DNA of 64,000 bases from Sphyrna mokarran. Lineage: Eukaryota. Position numbers and translations under genes: made by a program. The first letter of the stretch is position 1; each line of letters begins with the position of its first letter. This document shows positions 11,855-23,552 of the stretch, piece by piece. A model generated the notes under the pieces. That model saw only the letters and a list, made by a program, of their open reading frames with translations. It was not told the origin of the DNA and made no database searches. The stretch covers positions 113,398,001 through 113,462,000 of the forward strand of contig JAGIQG010000001.1 in assembly GCA_024679065.1 (NCBI GenBank), in the 5' to 3' direction.

Positions 11855-12453
11855 AGTTCGGAATGCACAGAGTGGACAAGGCAAGCCGTTAATCCATCTC
11901 CTTGCTTGCTCCAAAATCCAATTCAAATTGAATCCAATTGGTGGTCTTCCCCCCACCCCCCAGGAAACAGACTAGATCCAAAGCTGACAAGAACAGGCAT
12001 TATACCTGATCTTGGGCTTGAGCTAAGCCAAAAGGCAGAGACCTGGAAACCTCCCCTATTTGTAAATGCTTCTGGGGAGTTCGATCTCAACAACTCAGCG
12101 TGTGGGAGAGACTGCTCTTGAGTTCTTGTCAAGTCCAGACCTGAACAAGAACTGGAGAGAGGCGGGGACCAGCAGTGCGGGATCTTGGCTTCAATTGTGA
12201 ATAGGTGCTGACAAAACAAATTAAATGCCTTCATGTCACAAGACACTAATGTAAATGAAAAAAAGGGCCATTATTTTGAAAATATGAGTCTTGAATGTCT
12301 GGTATATATTTTGGTATTTTCGGGCAAGCCCATTCAAGAAACAGACTCAAAGCCAGACGAGTTGGAATTTGAGAGTAAAGGATTCGTCAAGACACAGGTT
12401 CCTGTAGCCTTGTCCTCTGTAGAGCCAAAACAAATAAAAATAGTGGATTCAAA
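11855..12453 (+). other. Candidate large TNIP3 exon with two in-frame TGA codons (or 5'UTR plus CDS from ATG 12233)
   Basis: It has a strong pyrimidine tract with a CAG acceptor (phase 0) and a donor AAA|GTAAAT (phase 2). The 199 codons contain only two stops, at 12119 and 12209. Confidence 0.35.
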
Positions 12454-12655
12454 GTAAATTACATAAAAGATTGCACCAGAAATCAGGGCCAAATTAGCAC
12501 TTTAAAAATGGATTTTATAGTTCTCTGTCTCAGAATTTGCCTTCAAATATTTTGATAGATAAATGGATTCTAGATACATACACGTGCATGAAAAAATATT
12601 CCAGATACTAATGGATGAAATCCATTTGTTCATCTAAAATTCCTTTCTGTTCCAG

Positions 12656-12722
12656 CACAGTTTCTAGTCTGTTTGTTTTGAAAAATAATAATATTCCTAC
12701 TGGAGAGGAACTGCTAATGAAA
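12656..12722 (+). CDS. Candidate TNIP3 internal exon (TVSSLFVLKNNNIPTGEELLMK)
   Basis: The acceptor TTCCTTTCTGTTCCAG| is phase 2, matching the 12453 donor. The donor AAA|GTAAAT is phase 0. No homology support. Confidence 0.3.
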
Positions 12723-13379
12723 GTAAATATGTTTGTACACCTGAATCCCATATCATGCTGTAATAATAGGGTGCTCGAACCTACCGCTCCTTGCTTTCAT
12801 TTGTGCCATTAGTCTGGACGTAACAGTCCCTAAAACATCAGTCATTAATCAAGCACTTTTGTATTAATGCTAAGAAACTTGCAGTTGATTCTATAGATTG
12901 GAATGGCATTGCTCTGATGTTAAAGGAAAAAGGCAGAAATCCTAGAATCCCTTTCCTTACAGTACTGCAACTGCACCTACATCAGATGGACTGCAGCCAT
13001 TCAAGGCAATAGCTTATCACCAGCTTCTCAAGGGCAATTAGGATGGGCAGTTAATGTTGGTCGAGCTAGTGCCACCCACATTCTATTAACAAATAAAGTA
13101 GTTTAATTGTACCTAATTAAAAATTAGTATGTTAAATAATTTTTCTAAAACTCTGTATAAATATAATACACGGTGAAAACCAATGGATTTCTAAATTACT
13201 CAAATGAGGAAAATCCTCAAAACTAGCGTATTAGTCACATTTCAGTTTCTTGCTTATTAAGTGCTGTTGATTTTATGAGTGAGCTCAGTTTTGAATAGTG
13301 AGGTCACTGATTTCCAGTTCCTGGATATTAATTGTTGCAAAATCAGGCCTGTAGTGAATCTGTCACAAATAACAAATTA

Positions 13380-14400
13380 CTGGAAAATCTCAGATCCAAC
13401 GTTTTGAGTCAGGATGACTCTTCATCAGAGCTGAACACTAGAAAAATCAGACAAGATTTATACAATGAGGGTGACGGGGCTGGTGGGGTGGCTGTCATTG
13501 ATAGGAATGGTATAGGCAAAAAAAAAGCAATGTAAATGGTGATGTTAAAGGCTGAGAATGGTGCTAAGAGCATTCATTAAGAAATGAGAATGTGTAAATA
13601 GCAGAACAAAATTGCAAAGTGTCAAAGAACAACCTGGAAATGTGGCAATTGGCCCTAGTGGGGGATGGGAATGGAAAACAAGATGGAAAGTGAGATTTTA
13701 GAAGAAGAAAAATAAAAGTAAGAATATAAAGTAATAAACATGGACGAATAAGTTGGGAAGAAGAAATAAAATAAATGGGAATGAACTGAAGGCGGAGGGG
13801 AGAGTGCATGCTCTGAAATTGTTGAATTCAGTGTTCAGTCCAGAAGGCCGTAAAGTGCCCAATCAGCAGATGAGGTGTTATTCCTTCAGTTTGCATTGGG
13901 GTTCGCTAGAACATTGCAAAATGCCAGGGACGGATATACAGAGAGGCGAGCAGGACAGTACAGAGATAGAAGTGTTGAAATGGCAAGGGACAGGAAGCTC
14001 TGGGTTCTGCTTATGGATAGGCCAAAGGTATTCTGAAAAGTGGTCACCCAATTCTCCAATGCAGAATAGACCACATAGGGAGCAACAAATGCAATAGACC
14101 AGATTGAAGGAGGTGCATATGAGACATTCCTTCACCTGAAAAGACCTCAGCTCTGGGATGGTGAGCAGGGAGGATGTGAAGAGGCAGGTGCTATACCCTT
14201 TGTGATTACATGGGAACATGCTGTCAATGGTGGGTGAGATGTTTGATCTGATGGAGAAGTGGACTGGGGAGTCCCAGAGAGAATGGTCCCTATACAAGTG
14301 CTGACAGGAGGAGCCAGGGAAGATGTGCTGAGTGGTGGCATCATGCTGAAGTTGGTGGAAATGGCAGAGGACAATCCTTTGAACGTGGTTGACTGAATGT
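13380..14400 (-). mobile_element. Penelope-like element remnant (GIY-YIG endonuclease)
   Basis: ORF 13878-14423(-) contains CTSFNLVYCICCSLCGLFCIGE.LGDHFSEYL, matching the Penelope motif NxxYxIxCxxC..YIGET..RFxEH. Confidence 0.8.
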
Positions 14401-15104
14401 GCCACGTTGGCCTCTGTACCCAATTCTCAAGTCAGCACTTAGAATTCCTACATAATGTTCCACTATAGTCACGAAGCCTCACTTAAGTAAGGCTCTGTTT
14501 CTGCATAAAACTATCTCCCATATTATATATATAAGATACAGAACTAATTACTAGTTACATTCTCTTTCTTAAGCAGTTCACTGGGATTGAGTTTGCTACC
14601 ATCTCAGTTCAATGGATTGATAAATCAAATGAGTGATTAGTGGATTTTGCTACACACTGGGCAGGTGGTGCTTGTGAGTTGGGCAGATGAATTGTTTGGA
14701 AGCTTTTGTGCTCTCTCTGTCTCTTTGGCTTCACAACTCTGGGTGAGAGTTTCCAACCGCAGTCATCCCAAGACCCAAAAATCCCCCCTGTGGTCAACGG
14801 ACTTTTGCATGGTCCGTGTCCTGCCCACTAGAATTCCTGTGGCGGGCGGGACAGGAAAATTCCGGTCTCTGTATTTGGACTATGTTTCTTGATTGCTTAG
14901 TGTCTTCTCTGCATGAGCCTTATCCACTTCAGTTAATCACAAACCTAGGATTTCCATGAGTGAGGATATTTGATCTCTTTAGGAATACATTAAGAATGTT
15001 TTGAAAGTGTTTCTGCTGTCTTCCAATTTGAAGCCCCTGGCAATACTGAGTTCCAAGAAAAGTAGTTGCTTTGGGAGTCTGGTGTCAGCTATACAAATGG
15101 AATA

Positions 15105-15450
15105 TGGGAGCTGATGGCTAAGTGATATTATTGCTAGATTATTAATCCAGAAATTAAGCTAATGTTCTGGGTATCTGTATTGAATCCCGCCGGGGAGTTG
15201 ATGGAATTTGAATTCGATTTAAAAAAAAATCTGGAATTAAGGATTTATTGACAACCATGAAATCGTTGTTGATTGTCAAAACAAACCATCACTAATGTTC
15301 CTTAGAGAAGGAAATCTGCCATCCTTACCTACATGTGGCTCCACACCCACAGAATTTGGTTAACTCTTAATTGCCATTCAGTTCAAGGGCAATTCGAAGT
15401 GGGCAATAAATGCTGGCCAGCTAGCAAGCCTATGTCCCATGAATGTTTAA
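15105..15450 (+). mobile_element. Family-B tRNA SINE
   Basis: It has the same body and the GGGCAATAAATGCTGGCC tail seen in other copies. Confidence 0.75.
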
Positions 15451-16027
15451 ACATATATATATATTCTAATCTTATAAAAATAGACCAACCATGCTGGTTC
15501 TCTCTATTCTGGTCAAACACAAAATGAAGATCCCGTTCCTTTGCTTTTGGATGTTACCTAATTATCTAACCTAATGCAAAATTGAACAGGGACAATTGTG
15601 TTCTGTAATGAAGCCTACCAGATTAAATAAAAGCCCTTTGATCATGCTGATCTTCATGAATTAAAGTTCACCTCTTCCCACATTGTGCAGTTACTCTATT
15701 TGGCCACTGTTTCACTGCTTCTGCCAGCAGGCTTTTCAGGTATTGGTAGATTGTGTTTAATATCTTAGTCATCGAAGCAAAATGTATCACATTTGCAACA
15801 TAATGGAAAGCCCTGACTTGGTTCATATCAATTGTCATTGATCAAAAATGTTGTAATGTCTCTTTATGTAATTTGGTGTGGTTTGAAGTATGATAAAGGA
15901 ACTGGGATCATTTAAAAATCTGGATATGAGGACAAATTTGAATCAGTGTACTGTATTGAGTTGGAGCTGGAAATACACAGTTTTGTCTTGACAAGCCCCA
16001 AAAGTTATGGTAAACAGGGTGTTTCAG

Positions 16028-16054
16028 ATGAAGAAAGGGAGAGATTCTACAAAG
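16028..16054 (+). CDS. Candidate TNIP3 micro-exon (MKKGRDSTK); alternatively the CDS begins at ATG 16007
   Basis: It has a TTTCAG| acceptor and a consensus donor AAG|GTGAGT. The phase is 0/0, in frame with the exon at 17866. Confidence 0.45.
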
Positions 16055-16644
16055 GTGAGTGGACATAGATTTAAAAAGTGTCTTCAAGTTTTATACAATT
16101 GCTTTTATCTGCTACTGTTTGAGCACCTGGGTCAAAAATCTCTAACCCTTAGAGGACTATAGCATTAAAATATAGGTAATACTGGATTAATCTTTTCAAC
16201 TATAAATAGAAATTCTAAGGCTGTGTATAAAACTGTATTGTTCTTACTGTACTCAAACTTTTTAAGGAAAATGGTAGAAGGTCTTTGGTTAACAAGAAGA
16301 ACCTGAATTTACATATGGCCTTTAATTTTCACAGAGATAGTTAAGAGAAGCGGAGTGACTATTGTTTGGTTTAGAGAGTCATCTGAAATGACTGAAACTT
16401 TTGTGAATGATGCTGGAATCACAGGGTACGAGCAATTCATAAAAGATGTAGACAAAGTCATAAATACAGAGAAGGTTGTAGCGATTAGGTGAGGATTGGG
16501 AGGCTATGGAGGAATAGGATTTTCATTGGAGCATCAGTGTAGTCTATGAAGAAAGATGTAGTGAATAAAATATGAAGACGCGGGATGGAACTGGGCTATG
16601 GAGGAGAATGGCACAGCAATGCTTCAGAGAAGTGAAGTAAAAGA

Positions 16645-17020
16645 AGGTTATGTGCATCTGATTTGATTTATTGTTGTCACATATATTAGCATACAGTGAA
16701 AAGTATTGTTTCTTGCACACTATACAGACAGAGCATACCATTCATAGAGAAGGAAATGAGAAAGTGCAGAATATAGTGTTACAGTCATACCTAGGGTATA
16801 GAGAAAGATCAACTTAATGCAAGATTGGTCCATTCAAAAGTCTGATAGCAGTAGAGAAGAAGCTGTTCTTAAGTTGGTTGAGATGTGACCACAGACTTTT
16901 GTACCTTTTTCCTGACAGAAGAAGGTGGAAAAGAGAATGTCCGGGGTGTGTGAGACCTTTAATTATGCTTTTCCAAGGCAGTAGGAAGCGTAGACAGTGT
17001 CAATGGATGGGAGGCTGGTC
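16645..17020 (-). mobile_element. LINE 3' fragment (possibly Rex1/Babar-like)
   Basis: An ATTTGATTTATT tail-like end is followed by decayed ORF-like sequence. Family assignment is from recall only. Confidence 0.4.
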
Positions 17021-17489
17021 AAAGACTAGACTGATAAGATTCAATCAAACAAGGCATTTGTGGGTTAAGTGAATACAGAGCTGCAAACAACATTCTGAAT
17101 GTTCTTGAAGAGGAAAGGGAAATGATAGAAACGGCCATAAACAGAGAGGATGCAAAGGTCAAAGGTCAGCTTTAACTTGAGATTTTAAAGTAGGAAGACA
17201 GAGTCTCAGTGAAGGGGGCCAGTATTATGTAATCAAGCATTGGACTGGAAAGACTAACGGAGTGGTTGGGAAAAACATTGTTTTTAAATACTGAGATTGT
17301 TGATTGCCTTTTTAAGAGACATAGTTGGAAGTGAATTAATGAGTATAAACAAGTTAAATTAGCATCCGTAGATGATTGCTATTAACAGCGATTAACACAA
17401 TGATTGAATAAACGTATAGAAATTCAAGGAATATGGCAATCTAGCAGAATTCTTCGCTATATTCGATTTCTTGAAAGGATGCCAGTAAT

Positions 17490-17670
17490 TGTCAGTTTAG
17501 TTCAGTTGGGTGGACAGCTGGCTAGTGATACAGAGTGACACTAACAGTGCCGGCTGAGATTATTCATGAAGGCCTTGCCTTCTGAACCTTGTCCCTCGTC
17601 TGAGCTGTGGTGATCCTCAGGTTAAATCACCGCTAGTCAGCTCTCTCCCTCAAAGGACCATGGCAGCTTT
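17490..17670 (+). mobile_element. tRNA-derived SINE (distinct family)
   Basis: It has an A-box-like TAGTTCAGTTGG and the body CCTCAGGTTAAATCACC...CAGCTCTCTCC. Confidence 0.5.
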
Positions 17671-17865
17671 GAGTAAATGCTGCTACCAATTTAAAAAAAA
17701 GTGATCTAGTTTGCATTTCAGTATTACCAATATTGAAAACAGCTTTGATTATGAATGTTTTAAAGCATTTAACATCAGTTATGTGTGAACGCCACAAAGT
17801 TCAAAACTAAAAGGGTCACCAAAAAAAGGGAGTGAGAAGATTCCCCTGTATTTGTTCCCTGGTAG

Positions 17866-17967
17866 AATGTGACTGGAATGGAAATCGAAAACCAGAGGAA
17901 GCCTTCCACAGATGGAAACGAAACATGCGAGAGACGGATTAAGATTTTAGAAAATCAGAAAAAAGAG
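17866..17967 (+). CDS. TNIP3: TNIP3 exon (NVTGMEIENQRKPSTDGNETCERRIKILENQKKE)
   Basis: AG|...|GT boundaries, 102 nt, phase 0/0. The end resembles TNIP3 EQKIRCLEKQRKE, which directly precedes the LLEVN exon. Confidence 0.85.
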
Positions 17968-18064
17968 GTACCTTCATTTTGAAATTACAGTTGTAATCCC
18001 ATCTGCTCTTTCTGTAACATTTCTGGATATAACAACAGCTTACAGTTGTATTGTACATTTCAAA

Positions 18065-20060
18065 AGAATGTTGGCTGTCATTGCAAAGGGAATGAAGCAT
18101 AAAAATAGGAAAGTCTTTCTATATTTGTATTGGATATTGATGAGAACACATCTAGAATACTGGCCTCCTTACTTAAGGTGGGATATGCTTGCATTGGAGG
18201 CAGTTCAGAGAAGGTTCACTGGGCTGATTCCTGAGTTGAAGGGGTGTCTTATAAAGAAAGGTTAAGTATGTTGGGCCTATTCTTATTGAAGTTTAGGAAA
18301 ACGAGATGTGATGTTACCGAAACATAAGAGATTTGGAGATGGCTTAACAAGGTAGATGTTGAGAAAATGTTTCCTCCCAGAGGAGAATCTAGGACTACAG
18401 GGCACAGTTTCAAAATAAGAGGCCTTCCATTTGAAATGAGGAGGAATTTCTTCTCTGAGGGTCATTAATCAGCATACGAACACACAAATTAGGAGCAGAA
18501 ATAAGCCATTTGGTCTCTCATGCCTGCTCCACCATTCACTAAGATCATGGCTGATCATGTCCTTGCTTATCAAAAATCTATCCAACTCTGCCTTAAAGGT
18601 ATTCAAAGACTCAGAGAGCTGGGGGCGGGGCTTAACTCACTAGACAGCCTGTGGAGTGAAATATTGCACGTGTGGATTTCTGATGCTGCGCATGTGCATT
18701 AACAGTAGCAGGGGTCTGACAGACAGGAAGAGAGTTATTGGGCCCTTGCTACTGCAGGCAGACTCAACTAGCTACTCCTTGCTCCCTGCAATAGCAGGGG
18801 TCTGTGGCTTAAGATTCAGTCCCCACTGCTCCCCCTCTGCCTGGACCATTTGCGGCCCCCCCACCTTCTTCTACCGATTGCATGCAGAGTGACAGTGGCC
18901 CCGTCCCCCTTTGACCCTCCCCCGACACTACCCAACGGGCATTGCCCAGGTGCCAAGGTGGCATTGCCTGTCTGGCACTGCCGAAGGGCACCCCCCCTTG
19001 CCTTGCACACGGGCTCCCTAGGGGACCTCAGGTGGCCTCCGTTTCCACCAACGAGGTCACCGGGACTGTTCACCGTTCGTGGGGAGCCGGTGTTTTCCTC
19101 ACCAGGGAGGACCTCTCCGGGCAAGGCCATAAAGACAAGTGAGTCCGGACAATTGAGCGCCAAGTCACTAAACACAAAAAAAACATATATGCAATCAGCA
19201 TCTCGCCCATTTCTGTTGAGAGGCTGACCACGCCAGAAATCTGGGTGTCATGAAGCCACAACAGGCATGAAAAGCTATGGCATTCACGTTAGCCACTTTA
19301 TGTGTGATTTTACAACGTTTTTCCACTGCAAAATGGACGTAAAGTGGCTGCAGAATTCTGCCCACCATCCTTCTAATTTCTGTCTTAAAAGGGTGACCCT
19401 TTGATTTTAAGCAGTGATCCCTAGTTCTAGATGCTTCCACAAAAAGAAGCATCCTTTCTACACCCACCTTGTCAAGACCCCTCAGGATCTCATTTGTTCC
19501 AAACAAATCACTTCTTATTCTCCCGAACTCCAGTTTATGCAAAGCTATCTTGTCCAACTTTCCTCACAAGACAATCTTCCCTTTCCACATTCCTTTCTCT
19601 GAACTGCTTCCAATGTGTTTACATCCGTCCTTATGTAAGGAGACAGTACTCCAGATGTGGTCTCATCAATGAAACTTTGGTATTCAATTCCCCTCTCAAT
19701 AAACAATAACATTCTATTAGTTTTCCTAATTATTTTCTGTTACTGTGTGCTAACCTTTTTGTGATTCATGCATTCAAACATCAGTTTTCCATGTTTCTCA
19801 GACCTCTTCAAAGTCTTATCATTTAGATAATATGACTTTTTTATTCCTCCTGCCAAAATGGACAATTTCACATTTTTCATATTATGCTCCATTTGCCATA
19901 GCTTTGCCCATTGACTTAACCTGTCTATGTCCCTTTGTAGCTTCCTCTTATGTCCTTTTCATAACTTATTTTCCTACATTTCTTTGTATCATCAGCAAAT
20001 TTAGCAGCCATACTGTCGATCCTTTTATCCAAGTCATTGCTATAAATTGTAATGTGAACA
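18065..20060. mobile_element. CR1 cluster: + fragment 18065-18465, then a - CR1 (18475-18610 and 19365-20060) interrupted by a GC-rich TIR element (~18660-19360)
   Basis: The + strand reads HLEYW.PYLRWDMLALEAVQRRFTGLIP and the - strand reads ILRGLDKVGVERML..SRTRDHCLK. The GC-rich insert carries GGCANTGCC repeats. Confidence 0.75.
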
Positions 20061-20469
20061 CTGTGTAACCCAGAGCATAGAAGAATATATAATTCAATTG
20101 AAAATATTAAAGGCTGAGTGTGGCAGATTTCTGATCTTTTAAAGGGTGTCCTTATAAGTATATGAATAGGCTGGGAATAGAGGAATATGATCCCCAGAAG
20201 GGTAGGGGGGGTTTAGTTCTGTCAGGCGGCATGGTCGGAGCAGGCTTAGAGGACTGAAAGGTCTGTTCCTGTGCTGTAATTTTCTTGTTCTTTGTTCGTT
20301 CTTTGATCTAATCCCACAACGCTTAACTCAGAAAGTGGAGACAGGGCCACAATCAAGTCAGCCATGATCGTACCTTACGTGGAGCAGGCTTGAGGGGCCA
20401 AATTATACTTCTATTTCTTAGAACGGGAGCCAGTGGAGAATTTAAAAAAGCCAGGCAGCTGGAAATTTG

Positions 20470-20815
20470 TGGTCAGACTTGTGGACTGAATACAAGTATT
20501 CATCAAGCTGATTATCAAATCTGTGTTTGATCTTCTCAGTACAGAGATCAACACGGATTCACAAGTAAATACTGTACAATAGAAGTATAATAAATCACTG
20601 TTACACCTGGAGGGAGCTATCTGGGGCCCTCGACAGGGAAGAGATAAAAGAGCAGGTGTTGCATCTCCTGTGCTTGCACAGGAAGGTTCCTTGGGAAAGG
20701 GTGAGGGTATTGGTGATGATTAGGGGAATGGATCAGGGTATCGTGATGAGAATAGCCCCTTCAGAATGCTAAAAGGAGAGGGAGGGGTAGATGTGTTTGG
20801 TGATGGCATGTCCTG
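20470..20815 (-). mobile_element. Penelope-like fragment
   Basis: It aligns by eye to 14000-14350 (CAGGTGTTGCATCTCCTGTG..., GATGTGTTTGGTGATGGCAT). Confidence 0.6.
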
Positions 20816-21019
20816 GAATTGTGTTCTTCCAAGTTTCGGAAACTTGGGAGCACTTGTGCTTTTTTTTTCATGATGTTTCGTATGTCAGTGAAGATTGTAC
20901 TTCACTTGTGGCTCGGTTCTTTCCAATCTCTAACAATTAAAAACTTGAACTTTTAGGCTGTTATGAAGAAATGTCTTTTTTTCAGTTTGATGTGGCTCAA
21001 TGGCTAATTGTTCTAACAG

Positions 21020-21085
21020 CTTTTGGAGATAAACAAGCAGTGGGATCAAGAATTCAGGAACATGAAGGCGGTGTATGAGCAGAAG
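21020..21085 (+). CDS. TNIP3: TNIP3 exon (LLEINKQWDQEFRNMKAVYEQK), ABIN-family NxxW coiled coil
   Basis: CAG|...AAG|GTAAAA boundaries. It closely matches the TNIP1/TNIP3 motif LLEVNxQWDQxFRSMKxxYExK. Confidence 0.95.
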
Positions 21086-21486
21086 GTAAAACACCCACAT
21101 CTACTTTGCACTTTTTTTTCTAGGTTTTTTTTTTCTTTGTGGTATACCTCGTGTGTGGATTGTACACACACTTAAAATGAATCTTGATGTACAAATTCCA
21201 GAAGGTATTGAAGCATACTTAGTAACATTTTTATGTAAATCAAAATCTGCTTTGTTTTGCTTTATTGTCAACACCTTCTTGTTAAATTAATTGTGTTAAT
21301 TCCCAACCAAGTCCATAATGCTGTCAACGTAAATGCACTTTATGAAATTAGTGTAAGTATCTGAATGGGTTAGAGTGTTCTTACACACCACCTAGTGGTT
21401 TTATGGAGAATTACATCCACACATACTTGGCAGTCAGTTATTTCTCCATCTTCACCTTCATGGTTGGGAATGATGTTTGATTCTTT

Positions 21487-21496
21487 GGGGGTTGGG

Positions 21497-21527
<31 letters not shown>

Positions 21528-21565
21528 AGAGGGAAGGGGGCGTGGTGGTCGGGAGGGAGTGGGGT
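21487..21565 (+). repeat. Poly-G / G-rich tract
   Basis: A run of about 29 G lies at ~21499-21527, with flanking G-runs. Confidence 0.9.
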
Positions 21566-21654
21566 GGTAGTAGATGCTTAAAATGTAGAAAGGCAGACAG
21601 GGGAAAAGAAAAGCAAATATCCACATTTAAAAATGTGTTAAATTTTCTTATTAT

Positions 21655-21960
21655 GGGGCAACACAGTGGTTAGCACAGTTGCCTCAGAGTGCCAGGGGGG
21701 ACCCAGGTTCAATTCCAGCTTGGGTCACTGTCTGTGTGAAGTTTGCACATTCTCCTCGTGTTTGTGTGGATTTCCTCCGGATCTTTTGGTTTCTTCCGAC
21801 AGTCCAGGAGATGTGCTGGTTAGGTGCATTTGGCGATGCTAAATTCTCCCTCAGTGTACCTGAACAGGTGTTAGAGTTTGGGATCAGAGAATTTTCATAG
21901 TAACTTCACTGTAATATTAATGAAAATCTGCTTGTGACACCAATAAATAAGCTTTAAACT
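21655..21960 (+). mobile_element. HE1-like SINE (family A)
   Basis: It has the ACAGTGGTTAGCAC head, a GGTTCAATTCC B-box, and a tail ending in GTGACACCAATAAATAA. Confidence 0.85.
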
Positions 21961-22133
21961 TTAAAAAACTTAGAATTTTATGTTTTGGTCCTGATTTGAC
22001 AATTTGGATTCTTGATTCTTTTTCAACAATAACCTGTAAGTCATTTTGCTGAGCTAACAGGATTGTTTGAATTGAATCATCAATACGTACTTCAATATGT
22101 AATGAATCCTTCATTGGCTTTCATGTTCTGCAG

Positions 22134-22256
22134 CTGAAGGAAAAGTTCACCACTTACCAACAGTCCCTGAGTGTCCTGGAAAAGGAGTTGGACCAGAAAC
22201 AGAGGGATTTCGACAAGAAGCTGTTGCTTGCTAAAGCAAAACTTGACACAGCAGAA
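22134..22256 (+). CDS. TNIP3: TNIP3 exon (LKEKFTTYQQSLSVLEKELDQKQRDFDKKLLLAKAKLDTAE)
   Basis: CAG|...|GTATGC boundaries, 123 nt. It matches the ABIN-family motif QKQRDFDRKLLLAK. Confidence 0.92.
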
Positions 22257-22458
22257 GTATGCTTTTACCAATACTGCCTTGAAAATAATTGATATTTAAT
22301 TCTGTAAAACAAATTCAATTAATAGAAAACTTAGAGTTCTTCAGAAGCTCCAGCAATGACGTAGTTAATGTAACTTTAATTTGGCTGGAGCTTGTTTCCC
22401 TAAGGTCTGGTTTCCCTATTACTTATTTTTTTAAATTCCTTTTTTTTTTGAACAAAAG

Positions 22459-22587
22459 GAGCAAAAGCAGACATTAAATGCAAAGTTGCTTGAGGCTGAA
22501 GAGGAGAACAAACATTTGAAAGAATGCCACACCTCAATAACCAAAGAGAAAGGATACTATGAATACGAAATTTCTCGTCTGAATAAG
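22459..22587 (+). CDS. TNIP3: TNIP3 exon (EQKQTLNAKLLEAEEENKHLKECHTSITKEKGYYEYEISRLNK)
   Basis: A T-tract with AAG| acceptor and |GTCCGT donor. It matches TNIP3 EENKLLK...KEKEHYECEIKRLNK. Confidence 0.92.
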
Positions 22588-23515
22588 GTCCGTACAGTTA
22601 CTTTGTTCTGATCTGCATGTTCACCTGTTGCCCAGTGAAGTTGAATAGTTCCACAAACAAGTCAGTCTTTCTCTGTAAACCTGCTTCTTGATCACAAAAT
22701 CCTCTTCAGAATTTTGAAGACCCAGTTTTCTCTCCTGCAAAGATGCTGAAGCACAGGTACATGGGCACTATCTCGCACTGTGTTAGTAAATCTTAATCGC
22801 ATACGTTTTGTCCATTTATGTTCAACAGGCGATATTGTGAAGGACTGGAGGGCCTCACAAAAGATCTTCAAAACGGTATAATTTTTAAATTGCCTCTGGT
22901 TAAACTTTCAAAAGGTCTTCTTTACTATGTCCTTTTTAGTTAAGTCAAAAACATCTGGTTAACTGCTGCCAAGTGCTGCACTGCACACTGTCTTGCGGTA
23001 TGTGAAGTATGAGAGTTTTAAATATTGGTACAATATACTGGAGCTGAAACCAATCTTTAATGATCACGCTCCTTTTCTAATATGGAATCAGGTTTTCAAT
23101 GGTCGGTCTAGTGGCACAGTTCATTCCTGTTCGAATGAGCTAGATTACAAAAATGTAGGATTATGGGGATAGGGCCTTGGTGGGATTGTTATCAGCACTG
23201 ATGGACTGAAAGGCCTCCTTCTGCAAAATAGGGATTCTAAGACTGTATGAAGAGTGTGCGAGTGCGTGTGTGTGTCTGTGCCACTCCCACTCTCTGCTGT
23301 GCCATACTGAGTTCCAGGTCATATTTGAACAGCCTCAGTTCAACATAGGGCAGGAATTTCTGGGCCCCCTCTGTGTACATCTCTTACACAGAGATGTAAG
23401 AGACATCTCTGGTGATGTCTTTACCAGAGATGGAGGTGGCTTATCATTGGCTACCAGCAGGATCTTCTGGTTCCATTGATATCTATGGCATTTTGCTTGT
23501 CTCACCATTTAAGAA

Positions 23516-23517
<2 letters not shown>

Positions 23518-23548
<31 letters not shown>
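23518..23548 (+). repeat. (GT)n microsatellite
   Basis: About 15 perfect GT units are seen directly. Confidence 0.95.

Positions 23549-23552
<4 letters not shown>

Noticed and set aside
22829-22875. Apparent small exon (TTCAACAG|GCG ATA TTG TGA...ACG|GTATAA)
   Set aside because: It has an in-frame stop after 3 codons, and the flanking exons already join by homology (RLNK|ALxxAL). At most it is a cryptic exon, with no support.
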